DNA from: Paragordius varius
Lineage: Eukaryota > Animalia > Nematomorpha
Assembly: GCA_964247055.1 (NCBI GenBank)
Contig: OZ176056.1
Location: forward strand, 7,626,001 to 7,690,000
Direction: 5' to 3'
Length of the DNA: 64,000 nt
In this document: positions 26,301 through 40,099 of the stretch, piece by piece
Layout of the letters: each line of letters begins with the position of its first letter
How positions within the stretch are numbered: the stretch's first letter is position 1
Program-made: the position numbers and the translations under genes
Notes under the pieces: model-generated
The model's database searches: none
The model's input: the letters and a program-made list of their open reading frames with translations, nothing else
What the model was told of the DNA's origin: nothing

Positions 26301-28454
26301 AAACAGTTATCATAAAAAACATTCAATAGGGTTAAATTGTGGTATGGTATATTTATATGGTTGTTTTTTTAATTTCCCAAAATAGAGCATTTTAGGATGA
26401 AACGCATTCGTTCGATAATATTTTTTATGAACGATATATAATCAATATTCATCTCCTATGTTTTCCCTCATATATATCTATTTAAAATTGATTACATCCT
26501 TATATTTAGTCCGTTATAATGTTTGTTTTATTCATTATTCAATAAATTAATAAATATTTTTTACCTATATATAAAAATTAATATTTACGTGGTTTACTTG
26601 TTTTGTTTAAAATAATTTTTTTTCGAAAAAAATAGTAATAAAATTTTGCTAAAAATTAACAAAAATATTACCATTCCCCTTTAACAATATTTTAAGATTT
26701 TCATTTTTTACCAAAGATTTCCGACGCCCTTCCCTCACATTTCTTTTCCTCTTTTAACGAATATGATATGGTTAATACCATAGAGCTCTTGTTTTTCAAT
26801 TCTTTACCAAATATTTTTACCCATTTAACGAAAAAAAGTAAATTTTTAATAAAATAAAGGATACATGACTGTAATATGAGATATATCTTTATGGCATAGT
26901 TTATTTTTTCGTATTACAGTCATGTATCCTTTATTTTATTAATTTATTTTTTTTCGTTTGGGTATAAATATTTGGTAAAGAATGAAAAAAGGACTCTGGT
27001 AATTCATAATGAATATGATATTGTAAATACCATAGAATTCTTGTTTTTTCCATTCTCTACCAAATATTTATACCCATTTAACGAAAAAAATAAATTTTTG
27101 ATAAAATAAAAGTTACATGACTGTATTTTAATTTACAACAAAATTTTATTTTTTAAAAATATATCAAAATATAGTTTATTTTTAATCCTAATAAACATAT
27201 AATTTATTTGAGGGTGTGATGAATTGTTTGACGATGAATTTGAATTTTTTAAAGGGGATGAATTATAAATGGTATAGTAAGCACAAGCAAAAGATAAGAT
27301 AAATAAATACAATATTAGTATATTTAACATTTAACATTAAATACTTCCCAATACTGTAACTTTATAATTTAAATTATATTATTCAATAAATCATTTATTA
27401 AAACGCCCCCTTTCTAGATATACTACAGCCCCCTTGCCTTAAGTAAAAATACGGTTTTCGGTAATAAAGATTTTGATAATTTGGTTTAGGCTAAAAATTG
27501 TGAAGAAAATGTTATTTATGATGGGAAAGGGTCTGAAAATGTTACATTCCACACTTAGATAAGTAGTAGCGTATTTTAATGATATTTAAACTAAACATTA
27601 AAAAGAATCAAATTATTTATGTGGTTCCATGGTTGGACAACTTACAGTATAAATTAGTGTCTTTTTTAATGATATTTAACAAATTATTTAGCTCTGAAAA
27701 CGATTCAATTGGTTTACATTGCATATCAAAAGAGAATATCTCAGAGGGTCAAGAGATTACTACAAGTTATGTTGGCTTCATTGATGATGAAATGCCTTTA
27801 AAAATGCGAAGGCTGATGATATGGGATTCACATAAATTCAAGTGTATGTGTACTTTGTGCAAAGAGTATACAAAACTTTTGGATTTGATTTATTATTTTT
27901 ACTTATAGTACAAATATTTTTATAATAAAGACAACCTTATTCCTCAAAAACTTGGTTTACAAATATATCCTATAGTTTCGGATTGTAAAATAAGGAATTG
28001 AGATGTATATTGGTAATACACTCAATCATATACTTTGAAATAAACATTTGATTTATATTAAACCAAGTAACTTTAAGATGTGAAAAATATGAGTTATAAT
28101 TTTTCGAAATTTTTTTTGCATCTTCTCATAAATAATTTTTAGAGATTAAAAATTTTAATCCTGCTAATAATTTATATTATTTGTAGGGACGAGGGATTAA
28201 AATGTAAAAATTGTGAATATGAATTAAACAATGATACTCAAGCTGCTTTGGATGGAAATAATAATGACACGATAATCAAAAAGCTTCTGTTGTGTGGCAA
28301 GTGTCGTACAGTTTGGTACTGTAACAAAGATTGTCAGGTTAAACATTGGAAAATGCATAAACCAGTTTGTGGCAAAAATACTTCCAAAAAGGCTGAAACT
28401 ACCTCTAGAGGCCAGGATTCAGTTGCCAAGTTTTTAGATTTAATGTCGAAATAA
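20385..28454 (+). CDS. SMYD5-like SET and MYND domain lysine methyltransferase with an additional C-terminal MYND finger
   Basis: Exons 20385-20475, 20514-20742, 21789-21892, 23273-23379, 23855-about 24655, [junction unresolved], 27692-27865, 28187-28454. Phases 1, 2, 1, 0 and the final phase 2 all match. Motifs: [30 protein letters not shown]; MYND CAYC...CDNC...FYCTNEC...W...H...C; [13 protein letters not shown] (SMYD5 has GLFVLQSCCNHSC); GQEITTSY; post-SET CMCTLC; second MYND CKNC...CGKC...[18 protein letters not shown]. Confidence 0.85.
26915..27125. mobile_element. Palindromic Tc1/mariner-type MITE of about 200 bp (family D)
   Basis: TA-CAGTCATGTATCCTTTATTTTAT ... ATAAAATAAA(G)GATACATGACTG-TA consensus ends. 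Copies at about 26755-26873 (partial), 26915-27125, 38515-38714, 43643-43854 and 63860-63955 (deleted). Confidence 0.85.
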
Positions 28455-29217
28455 AAAATTATATTATCATATACATAATTTCAACTCAAAACTCTTTTTG
28501 TTTTGGGTCAAAATGTAGTTTGTCGCATCATGAATTTTTTTTATACAAACTAAACTATAAAATTCTTTTTGAAATAATTTTCTAATTTACTTTCTGGATT
28601 TTTTTAGTAATATTACATTTATTATATGAATTGCTTATCTTAAATATAAATATTATATGCATAGAGCTTTGCATAAAAATAACTGAATTAATATCCATAT
28701 TTTTCTATAATCGTAATTATTTTTAGCATTATATATTATAATTTCAACTTAGCACATTTTTAACAAATAAAATTTAATATTAAAAATTCCCCAGCAATTA
28801 CCAATAAAATTACATTTTTGTCAAGTATGCTCCCAAATGCTACCCTTCCAATCTTTTTTAAAAAGCTGATATAGAAAGCAGGCTCAAAATAATTTATTTA
28901 CCATGTCTTTATTTTAAGTTCACAATTTAAAATTTATAATCAATAATATATATGTATAGATATATATATATATATATGATATGTAACAAATAAATGTTTA
29001 TATTTTATTATTTTTATCATATATTACCTATATGTGAATTATATAAAACTTTACAAGAGATTTTTCGTAAAAAATGATAATTAATACCAAATTTAATCAT
29101 TGAAATGAAACATTTTTAACTTTATATTATAGTTTTTAGTATGTATTACTGTAAAATTAGTTGATTAAATCTCAAAATAATATATACCAAACTTGAGATC
29201 TATTTTAGATTAGAATC

Positions 29218-30252
29218 TCAACGCCAAAGATATTTGTAACTAGCTTGTGTTACACGCCGCACTGACTCCTCGTGATTGATTATTAATCTTATATTTTCTG
29301 CACTAATAATAAAATGTAGACTCGATTTTGCGGATAAAAATTTATTTGACATATGGTAGACATTTATTGTTATTGTCATTACAATTATTATTGTTATCAA
29401 TACTGTTATCATTATTATTACTGTTTGAGTAACCGGTGTAGTGGAGTAGGCGGGTGGGTCTACGTGTTCATCTGATCAGCGTGCTTTCTGACCATCTTAT
29501 TGTTTTCCTCATCCCATACGCTGTAAGAAAGAAGACCGGTTCTATCGACGACCTCGCATGCTCGCCATCCAGGACCCTGTGGGCTTTTGATTATTATCTG
29601 TTGGCTTATGGAAAACTCACGACGCGGACTGGGTGCGTCTAAAGTTGTTGTTTTCGTGTTTATCCAGGTCAATTGTGTTTGGGATACTCGTTTAAAGTGC
29701 AGTTGGAAGGGCGTTTCTTTCGTGGTAACGTGGATTGAGTTATGCTAAGACCATAAGGCAGTATTAAAAGCTTCTTTAGGTCGTAAACCAATGACGAAGG
29801 CATCCCGAATACGTTCCTCAATCGAATCATTGAATTTGGCCTCTTCAGCTGCCATCTTAACCCGTTCTAAAAATTGGGTGAAAGATTCAGCGTTGCTCCG
29901 CACAAGTCGAGAAATTCAAATCTACTGTGAATTTTGATATGCCTGTTGCTATTATCACGCTCCATGACGCATCCTTTATTTTTTACAGTCGTTGATTTAT
30001 TTTGCGTATAACCAATAAACCATCATAGGCGAGCAAATTTATTTTGAGGGCTTGTTCTGTTACAGGGAAATCATTCGCCTTCATAACGTTTGTCATATAA
30101 TCAACGTATTCCTTAAACTTATTATTATCATTATATTTCTCGATGCATAGGTTAGCGAGATTGGCAATTGGCGTTGTCATGTTCGTTCGGATCTCGGTGG
30201 GACATCCACACAATGTTATGTTAGATTAGTTCGGAATTCGGTTGACCACCAA
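29218..30252 (-). mobile_element. Internally deleted Gypsy LTR retrotransposon relic (gag fused to integrase C-terminus)
   Basis: PBS-like TGGTGGTCAAC at about 30241-30251; gag motifs YVDYMTNVMKANDF and ESFTQFLERVK...IRDAFVIGL; integrase tail HVTTKETPFQL...WRACEVVDRTGLLSYSV...VRKHADQM. LTRs were not identified. Confidence 0.8.
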
Positions 30253-31665
30253 TATAGTTGTAATGATAATTGAGGTGTAAAAAGGAACAAAAGTAAAAAT
30301 AAACAATATTTTTGGTTGTATTTTGATATAGAAGTTTATTTTACTGAAAAAATATGAATGTTAAGATTTTAATAGTGAGTTTAGGTAGTAAATAATTAAA
30401 AAAAATTATTTTAATATAGTTTCATTAAATTTATTTTGTCTTTTAAGTGTGATAAAAGAAAAACGACATCTTTTGACCTGAAATTATATAGAAACCCAAA
30501 CTATATAATTTAAGGCTATTTATATATCGAAAATATCTCCTAAAATGATAATAAACCATAATATTTCAAATTTTATCATTATTTTTTGAATCCTTAATTA
30601 TCCTTTATTTTCACTTTTTGCTATCTCAAAAACTAGGTGTCAGCAAATAAAAATTTTTGCGGCAAATGAATACGCTGGTCATAAGCTATCTCATGAAAAA
30701 AAAATTTTCGTTAAAAAGTTTTTTGCACACAGTGTTATATACAGATATAACGTAAAAACTAAAAGATAAATAATAATTAGAGACATCCATACTTTTTGTA
30801 ATTAAATAATTGAGGTACCAATTTATATTCTTATCCCCGTTAAAAGAAACATATGACATTTTTTACAAAAATGTCTTTTTTTATCACACTTGTTTTAAAG
30901 CTTAAAGTTAATCTTACTACATATATTTAAATGTGAATTGCAAACAAATCAGTTCAAAGGCATAAGCTAGAGATCCGATATAAGATGTCTAAATTTAATA
31001 AGAGTTTAAAAAAATGTAAATCGAATTTAAAACAAATTTCATCCTGAAGTGCAGTTATTATTCGCATATAGAAATAGGAACCAAAAAGCTCGGGTGTAGT
31101 TCTTTTTAACTAATTTATATCAGATTTTAATTGCCTAAATTTTTGTTAGTAATATAATTAATATTTAAAAAAGTATCCACTGCCCTGCCCATAAAAGTAC
31201 ATATAGTGGTGCTTTATATAAATTAGCTACTCATACATGTGTTATTCTAAACAAAAGTGGGATAATATACAAATAACGATGATAGATAATACTTGGGGAT
31301 CTCTTTATTAATTTTTTACAAATTAAGAGGTTTTATAAAAATTCTCGTTTAAGATTTTTGCGCTTTTTAAAAATTTCTGCCTATTTTTTAGATTTTTAGT
31401 ATATTCTCGCTTTTTTGCAAAACCTTAAGATATTTTAGCGCTATTTGGGAATTTTTTTTAGATATTTTAGCGATTAAAAAAAGATTTGTCGTATTTTTAA
31501 CTGGATTTTCAAAAATTATCGTTTTTAGAAAACTTGACAATTTAGCGCTCTTGGGATAAATAATAATAGGAAATGTCTTTATTAAATTTGTCACATTACA
31601 ACTTATATTCAGTACATAGAATTTAATATTTATAATTTATTAATGCTAAACATCAAGATAAGATA

Positions 31666-32481
31666 TACAGTAGCGTATGCAGTAAAAGATTGTTAGTGCA
31701 AAATAATCTTAAAAACACAAAACAGGGGTATATTATGGATAGTCTATACAAAATCAGGGGACAATCTTGGTATATGTAAATGCGCATTTGGTTTTTGTAA
31801 AATTGCGATGATAAATTGTAAAAATATTAGTGAAACATTATTTCCCAGATTTCTTATTCAAAAATGTTATTATTTAAATTATTACTTGCTTTTCTCAATC
31901 TATTTAAAACTAAATAAGCTTGAGATGAAAAATTAAACGATTATTACATAAGTTTACTTGTTACATTACTTATATTATTTTTATTAACCGACACCTTGTC
32001 TTTTACACAGATTTACGGGAGGATTTTAAACACAATGATATATTTAACAACGATGTTTTCTTAAATGTGCAACAATAAAAACCATATATTTTAATAATAA
32101 CTATCTATTTATTAACAGGGTGAAATAAATATATATGAACAATAATTTTAATGCAACATGTTAAATAATATTATCTAATCTTCTAGTAATTATCTAAATT
32201 GGATATATCCTGTAATACATTTCAAGAACTTTGTTGAATATTTGGTATTGTGGCTTCATTTTCCTCTGAGTATTCATAAACATTTAATAAATTTTCAATA
32301 AAAAACATCATGAATATTTCTCACAAAAATTTTATGTATTAGCTTTTCAATATGTGCCGACCAAATGTCCTCAATTTTCATATTTAAATTATCATTGAGT
32401 CTTATTTATAAACATATCCATATTATCCCCCTGTTTTAGATTATTTTGCACTAACAATCTTTTACTGCATACGCTACTGTA
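31666..32481. mobile_element. Non-autonomous TA-flanked DNA transposon with TIRs of about 45-50 bp
   Basis: TACAGTAGCGTATGCAGTAAAAGATTGTTAGTGCAAAATAATCT at 31666 and its exact reverse complement ending at 32481. Confidence 0.85.
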
Positions 32482-33461
32482 AGAGAAAATTTTTATATAA
32501 TATAGTAAGTGATATGAGTACTAATTATATTTATATAATGTTTCAAGCAAAAAAGGCAATAAAAAGGGGTGCGCTACATATCAATATATATTGTATGCTT
32601 TATATTTCAAGAATTTTGTATTGACAACTATCTACTTTAATATCTTCTAAGGAAATGGTGTTCACGTTGCATCTAGATTGATTAAACCAGACTACTTATT
32701 TGTGCATACATATGGTAAAAAGTGAAATTATACAAAATGTGAAAATATAAAGGCATATTTTTTTCTAAAAGACCATATATTTTCTACTTCCTATATCCTA
32801 TAAACGTATTTAATTACTGTAATATATATAATTAATTCTGTTATTATCCATTATTTTATAATGTGCACTTTAAAACTATGAATTATATAAAAAACTTAAG
32901 ATTTAAAAAGTATGGTTGTAAAAAAATATTTGTCTTTATATTTTTACGTTTGTCCGTATAATTTCAATTTTTACTGTAAAATAATGTGAAATATAGATCT
33001 AGCCATTTTTTTACTAATTTATACTATATCATAATTTAATATATTTTATCCATATCATAAAAACAAGTTTTGAATATGATAAAATTGATAAGAATTGATA
33101 GTTTCTCTAATCATGATTAATAAAATTACATGATTGAAATTTTTCAGGTGTATACAATAAATATTATATTTGGTAGATGGAATTTAGCGGTTATAGACTC
33201 CATTTAATTTCAAAAATAATAAATATACTATTGATAATGGTTATTAAGGTGTAAATGTATATAGACGTATGCTTAAAATATTTTGAACTCTAAATAAATA
33301 AAAAATAAGAGTTCCATTGCACTTATCATCAAATTTTATAGATTTGGATGAATTAAAGTTTTAAAATATTATTAGGATAATATTATAGTAATTGTTTATA
33401 TGCTGCACTAAAATAATTTATTGCAGATTTTATCACAGTATATGATACGGTAATTTTAATT

Positions 33462-36400
33462 TTAGCACCCAATTTTATTTTTAAAATGTTTCCCACACGT
33501 GACAAATTGCAAAATTTTGTACTTAACAAACGCTGTGATAAGACCAATTGTTTTGCATGTGTTAGTTCGGTAATTTGGGTTAAAAATAAGCAAAATGTAA
33601 AACATAAATGAATGTGTACAAATATCCATAAACCCAGTGACAGCGAGTGCCCTTCGAAACTGACATATTTCTGTTTCAACCTGGCATATGAATTTGCTAA
33701 AGAGCATGGTAGCACCGGCATGAGGAGTTGCCATAATAAACTGATAAAAAGCCAATATAATACATCCTCGGGTGAAACTATCTTCCTCTAGTTGACGCTT
33801 TTTGCGTACTGATGCCGAGGATACTACAGTGCATTGACTATTGCAACTCTTACTTGGGTTTGATTTTTCGCTAAAATAATTTTTTATAGTATCATGTATT
33901 AGGGAAAATTATGAAATGTTAATTTTTATTTTAAACGATACCCTATATTATATAAGTTGAAAAAAGCAGCATGAGTTTTCAAAAAACATTGGGCGTATGT
34001 AAGGGTAAAAAAATGATTTTAAGCTATCGGTTGTTTTTCAAAAAAAATTTTTGTATTTTGAATTAATCAAAATGGTAAGTGCTAAAAGGTAATATTATAA
34101 TTTAAGCCACAGTTTGTATTATTTCCATTTTTTAAGTAATGCAAATTATTTTAAATAAAATAAGAGGTATTAATAATCATTTCCAACTAAATCAAAATTT
34201 TGTTATGGCTAATGCCTTTAACATAAATTAAAAAATAAATTTCGCCAAAAGTTTCTGGTAATTTCTTCTAAAAAACAGAAATTTTTGGACTAAACTAAAG
34301 AAAAAACTTAGCTTCCTTTCGGCCATCACCTTCTGTCATATAATTTATTTCATGCACTCCTTTTAAATGTTTTTTCATTCGGTTTTTATTTAAATATATA
34401 GTGTAATTGCATTTCTTGCAGGTAACTTGATTTTTTTTATCGAAAAATTTCCACTAAATAATAAGGTTTTGTTTTCCTAATAGTAAAATTAAAAAATTGA
34501 CCTAGGATTTTTTTCGTGGTCGTGACCATGGTCATGACCTAGGTCATTGACTAAGCACAACCCTAGCTCATATCAGAAAATAACAAATTTATATTTTTAT
34601 AATTTTTTTAATGAAATCATACTAAAAAATATTATTAAATTATATACAATATTTTTAGATTTTTTTATAATTTTGTCTTTTAAAATGGGTTGGTTTCTTT
34701 ACATAAGCGCAGTAATGCCGGATGCGCGTTAAAAATATATGCATAAGACTTTTTTAAATAAAATTAAAATATATTTTAAAAATAATGCATACATTTTTAA
34801 AAAATAATTTTTAGCAAATTATGTTAAAGCGTACCTCATACTATTTTAAGGTACGATCGAAACGGTATATTTATTTTTAAGATATATATAAAAACACTTT
34901 AACTAAATATTGGATGATGTTGAACATTTTTATCGTCTCAATTTGATTATATTTCGTTCGTTTTCCTATTTATGTTAAATATAAATTGAGTTTTTAAAAA
35001 GTCAAATAAAATATTAAACAAACTAACTAATCTTAAATAATAGAAGTGCTGAGCATGAACTATATAGATAAAGAGATTTTATAATATCCAAGCAACGTTT
35101 CCATCATGCCTCAAAATAGTATCAGGTAATGCTTCAACCAGATTCTGCTAAAAATTTCTATAAAAAAGGATGCATTTTCCAAAAAATATTTTTAGTTAAT
35201 ATTAAAATTTTTCTTATCTTATTTTCAAGCAATCGACATTTTATATTTAATTAAAAAATTTAGCCCATTTAGAATAAAAATTTAATTGAAACTCACATCA
35301 AAATATAAAGTTCTCCTAAAATATTGTTATGCTCAATATATTCTTAAGATATATTTTAGTGATATTATTTGGGATAACGCATGCTTTTATTTAGAAATTA
35401 GTTTAACAAAATATGCGCAATTCTGCTATTTTCTGGAGCAGTTGCCACAAAAATGTATACTCGTAAGGGCCAAAACAAAAAGTATCATGATAATCCTGAT
35501 ATTTATGATATTTTTTAAACTCACTGATTAGACGCAATATTTATATATACCTAATATACAAATATCATTGATATGTATTAATTGTGAGCAAGTCAGATAC
35601 ATAAATACTTACACATATACAGTAAAAATTGAAATTATACGGACAAAACATAAAAATGTAAAGACAAATATTTTTATCATCAACCATATTTCCTATATAA
35701 GCTATTTAGTTACAATCGTGACATGTATAATTGATTATGTAAAATATCTCTATTTCCACATTGGCATTTTAAACAACGAGTTATAATAAAAAACCAAATT
35801 AAAAAGTATGGATGTTTAGGAAATTTTTTATAATTTTACATTTTGTCCGTATCATTTCATTTTATTGTATTTCTCAAAAAAAAACGAATAAAAATTGGAT
35901 GTAAATTGAATACGTAATAAAAAAAACACCAATAAAGCATTATCTTATTTTAAAGTTTACAACAAATGGGTTTGAATGAGTCATGTTTCTTTAATTATTT
36001 AAATTATAAAAATTTAGAAAACATTAATGTTTTTGCGCTGGTTTTTTGCATCTATTTCTTTTATATGGCGTTCGATGCCTATTTCTTAGATTGGTTTGAT
36101 TAGGTCTTCTCTTTAAATATTATTTATGCAAAATTTCAATGTGTGTGCTTTATTTTTCGTATCTCGGTTACCAAATAATTAGATGTATAATTAAATATAT
36201 TAATCTGTTTAAATTACCCATATACCTGGCCATAAACTTCTTTTCAAAGTCCAACTTCCTTTTGCGATATGCATGCAGGATAAATATGTTTAGGGTTATG
36301 GTTACAAATAATGGCAAAAAAACTACCAAACATTCCCGCAGACTCGTATATATGACAAAATGATAGTTGGACGTTACGTTTGTGTTAGAAACACTTATAT

Positions 36401-37859
36401 ATGCATCCCGAATTACTTTGACATGGATTTTTGCATTATCATAATTTATGAAAGAAAAGTTTGATTTTTTAGTCGGTACCAAACTATCTAAACAAAGCCG
36501 AGTGTAATACCGAGAACTGTTTCCAAATTTTTGTGATGTCGATGTTGTTCTAGACGCGTTTAGAAAGCACTTAATCGCTAATTTTCGTTTCACCTTAAAC
36601 TCCTCTGATAGTAATGCGCTCCAATTGTATTGCGTTATGTTAGTTGTTGATCGAAATGGCATTTCTCTCTGATTAACGGTTATAAGATTTTTAACAACAA
36701 CAGTTTGTTTCCAAAGAAATACCGGTATGATCATGGCTGTCACAAATATGACAATTATTGTAATTGCCAATTTGGTGTGAGATGAAAATTTATTATAATG
36801 AAAGGGGAATACAAGAGCCACAAATCGATTAAGGGTAATAAGGAGAAGAATATTGATTGATACCCGTGAGAAAATGTTATGAATTGGGAAAATCCAATAG
36901 GAAATTAGGTTAGCAAATGCACGGGTTAACCAAAAATTACTTTCTCGTTTGGCAGCCATGAAATTTAACAGGGGCCATGCTATTAAACTAACGCAAAAGA
37001 GTAAGTTAGTTAGGGCTAATGTCATAACTAAAATGTACATGGTAGAAAGATGTGATCCGGGCTTAGATATAATACGTTGTATAAGGCTATTTTTTGCTTT
37101 CCTACCCGATACTCCAATTGTATCTGTAACTGAAATGGTTTCAATCTTATTACTATTTCGTTTATGCCACAAACGATAAATTTGCTTCAATTTTTTCATC
37201 CGACCTCCTTTAATGGAACCATTGACCCAAGTGGTTAGTAACATTAGAAAATTTCCTGTAAATATTTTGTAAATTATTAAGTTGACCAAAATCAATATGA
37301 GATTAGCGCTTATACAAACTATGAGAAAAAAAAATGGGCCGCTAGTTGCTAAGGTATTAAAATGCCGCGGTAAATTTATTAAATTTAATATTCCTTCTTG
37401 GAATGGCTAGATGCTTAGTGAATTATATACGGTTATCATATTTTGGCCTTAGGTGACAAATTTATTAAATAGACAAAATTTTATAGGACCTTTTGTTACA
37501 TGGTTTTCCGCCTTAACTATCACACCTTAATGAAGAAAATGCCTTAGGGCGTAATCCTAATTTTTAAACACTATACGAAAATATAAATTGGGTTATATAT
37601 AATGGATATACTTATTAATATTAACAAGGTTAAATAGGAATGTGTTTTATCTTTTATGTAATTTAATTTTTAAAAAATTCCATGACACACAACGTGGAAA
37701 TAATATTATATATATGAATCAGATTCGTGCTCCAGGGAATTAGAAATAATTTTAAAATATACCGATTATTCCAATTATTATCACAGCAATTATTACGTTG
37801 CAATACAAGATATCTTCTATCCGGATAACAAAAATGCCGGCTAAGTAGTTTACCACCAT
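33462..37859 (-). CDS. Class A (rhodopsin-like) peptide-receptor-like GPCR, paralog 1, 511 aa; exons 37859-37763, 37255-36226, 33870-33462
   Basis: Exon lengths 97+1030+409 = 1536 nt form one open frame with GT-AG introns (phases 1 and 2). TM1 IIIGIIGN, TM2 LALTNLL, TM3 ITLNRF, TM6 FIMATP, TM7 CTHSFMFYIL. Confidence 0.9.
34498..34553. promoter_or_regulatory. Cluster of RGGTCA-like half-sites forming nested palindromes in GPCR-1 intron 2
   Basis: TGACCT...TGGTCG-TGACCA-TGGTCA-TGACCT-AGGTCA-T-TGACTA is directly visible; a regulatory role is inference only. Confidence 0.3.
34860..35530. repeat. Internal fragment of hAT non-autonomous family B without recognisable TIRs
   Basis: Shares GTTTCCATCATGC...GCTTCAAC and AAAAG(C/T)A(C/T)CATGATAATCCTGAT with the elements at 50557-51950 and 58348-59630; other fragments at about 47400-47910 and 15620-15770. 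Confidence 0.7.
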
Positions 37860-38046
37860 TTTTCTGTGTTTCGGTATCAATATGAATGAATCTACAAATC
37901 CAAAATTTGATTTCCCAAAATTAAAATATATTATTATTAATTTATGTTTTTTTCACCACAAAACACTATAACACTTTTTTTCTATCATCATGCTTTTTTA
38001 TGGAAATTATGTTAACTCATCATGCAACAAGTTAACATTAATAGAA

Positions 38047-38098
38047 TATTGTCATTTTTTGGATTAATTTATTTTAATGACATTTTTTCTTTTCTTTA
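38047..38098 (-). promoter_or_regulatory. Conserved upstream motif block shared by the three GPCR paralogs (copy 1)
   Basis: TCATTAAAATAAATTAAT at 38080-38063 followed by TGACAATA; counterparts lie at 52187-52236 and 61746-61792. Confidence 0.55.
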
Positions 38099-40099
38099 CC
38101 TCGCCTCAAATTTATAGTTTATTGTTCTTTAAAAAATGTGTAAATTATGTTACTTATTTAATTAAGCATGATATAAGCAAGTTTTGCCTAATTCAGTCAT
38201 TAAAAGCTGTATTACGAAGCAAATATAATAAATCTTTAAGGAAATTAATAATCAACCTAAAAATATAGGAAACATACAGCATTATAATTTTATTTTTTTG
38301 TGTACGATGATATTTTGGGTTATTTTGCTTGCCCTTGATTAATAGTAAACTAACTACTGTTTTGAAAATTTTAAATAATATTTAAATAATCTTCATGCTG
38401 TGTACAATTAATAATTTTACAATTTTTTTCCCTATAGTTACAGATTTGGATATCACAGCTTTAAGCGGACCTTTTTGAATAGCTACCAATATATAAGGTG
38501 AATGAAAAATAAATTACAGTCATATATCCTTTATTATATCAAAAATTTATTTTTTTCGTTAAATGGGTTGGTAAAGATGGGAAAAACAAGAGCTCTACTT
38601 GTTTGATAAATATGATATTGTTAAATACCATAGATTTGTTTTTCTTTAACAAATATTTATACTCATTAAACAAAAGAAAATAAAATTTGATAAAATAAAG
38701 GATACATGACTGTAATATAGTTTCATATAAAAAATAATTATGTAACTTAAAAGGTACACGGTGTAAATTTTCCACTCTAAATTTTACAAATGTGCGCGTT
38801 AATTCGCGCCTTATAATGGCTCTCAAAGAATGCAATGTAAGATTTGTTTAAAAAAATACCATATTATAAATTTTTAATTCGGCGCCATTTTATAAAAACA
38901 TATACTTAAGTGTTTTATTATTATATATTTATTTTGATTCATAGAATTTTTAACACTTGAACTCAAATTGGAGTATCTAAGTACCTCAAACTATATTCGA
39001 TGCTGAAAATCTGCAGAAAGAAACAGTCCCAATTTAAATTTATGCTTCTATCCTGAAATAAAATATATAAATAGCCATAATATCTAAATAAAATTTACTT
39101 TTGAGAAAAAAAATTCCATATCAAACTACTTGAACGCTATTTTTACAACATTTTTGTAAAATCAGGTTTATGTGATTTAAAAGATAAAAGGTTAATTTTT
39201 ATTAAATCACATCTAATATTGAATAACAGGAAAAGTGGTTTATTTTGAATTATTTTAAATTTTTCCAATAGGACATATATTATGTTGACTAAATTTTTAC
39301 CATTGGGTTTTACTTTAAAATAAGTAATATCTGAAATAATTCTATATAAATCGGTTTAATGTTTTATAGGTGCAAACTTTTGCGATGGCTTTAATTTCTT
39401 CCATATTTTTTAGATATTTATTTTAAACAGGCCTGGGGTATCTAACTACCCAATTTGAATCTTAACAAAATGAATGTGTTTACACGTGTAAATATAAAAA
39501 ATGAACTACACAGCTTTCTTTTAACATATGGCCATCAAATATATAAATAAATTGTTAAACAATGAGTATGTTTTCATAGTTAAACTTTAAATTTGATTAT
39601 CTGTTACCTCAAAAAAAGGAAATTAATTTGATCAAAATATAGTGGAACCGTTTTAGAATCAAAAGATTCATAATTTAAAAAAGAATCATTAATAAGTAAT
39701 TCATCAAAATGTAGATCGAATCTTTCTTGTAAAATTCGTCCACGAATAGGCGGAAAAAATATTAGCCCACCAATTAATTATTTCTAACTTTAGAGGCCTA
39801 GATCTGTATGCAGATAAAAAGGATATTGCATTTAATATGTTAGTAATGTGATATTTTTCGTTTATTCATGCTAATGTTCGATTTTCCACCGCCTTTTAAA
39901 AGAAATTTTCCCAGGATGATCTATTTTTTAAAGGTTTAAATTAATTAATCATGGAATTCCAATCATGGAACAGAAAACTTGGAGACAGAGAGCTTATTCG
40001 CTTTTTGAAAGATGATTGAAATTAATTTAGCAAACAATAAACCAAAACAATACGCGAATTATTTGTTTTTAGGTGAATAAACCAGGGTCTTTCAACTTG

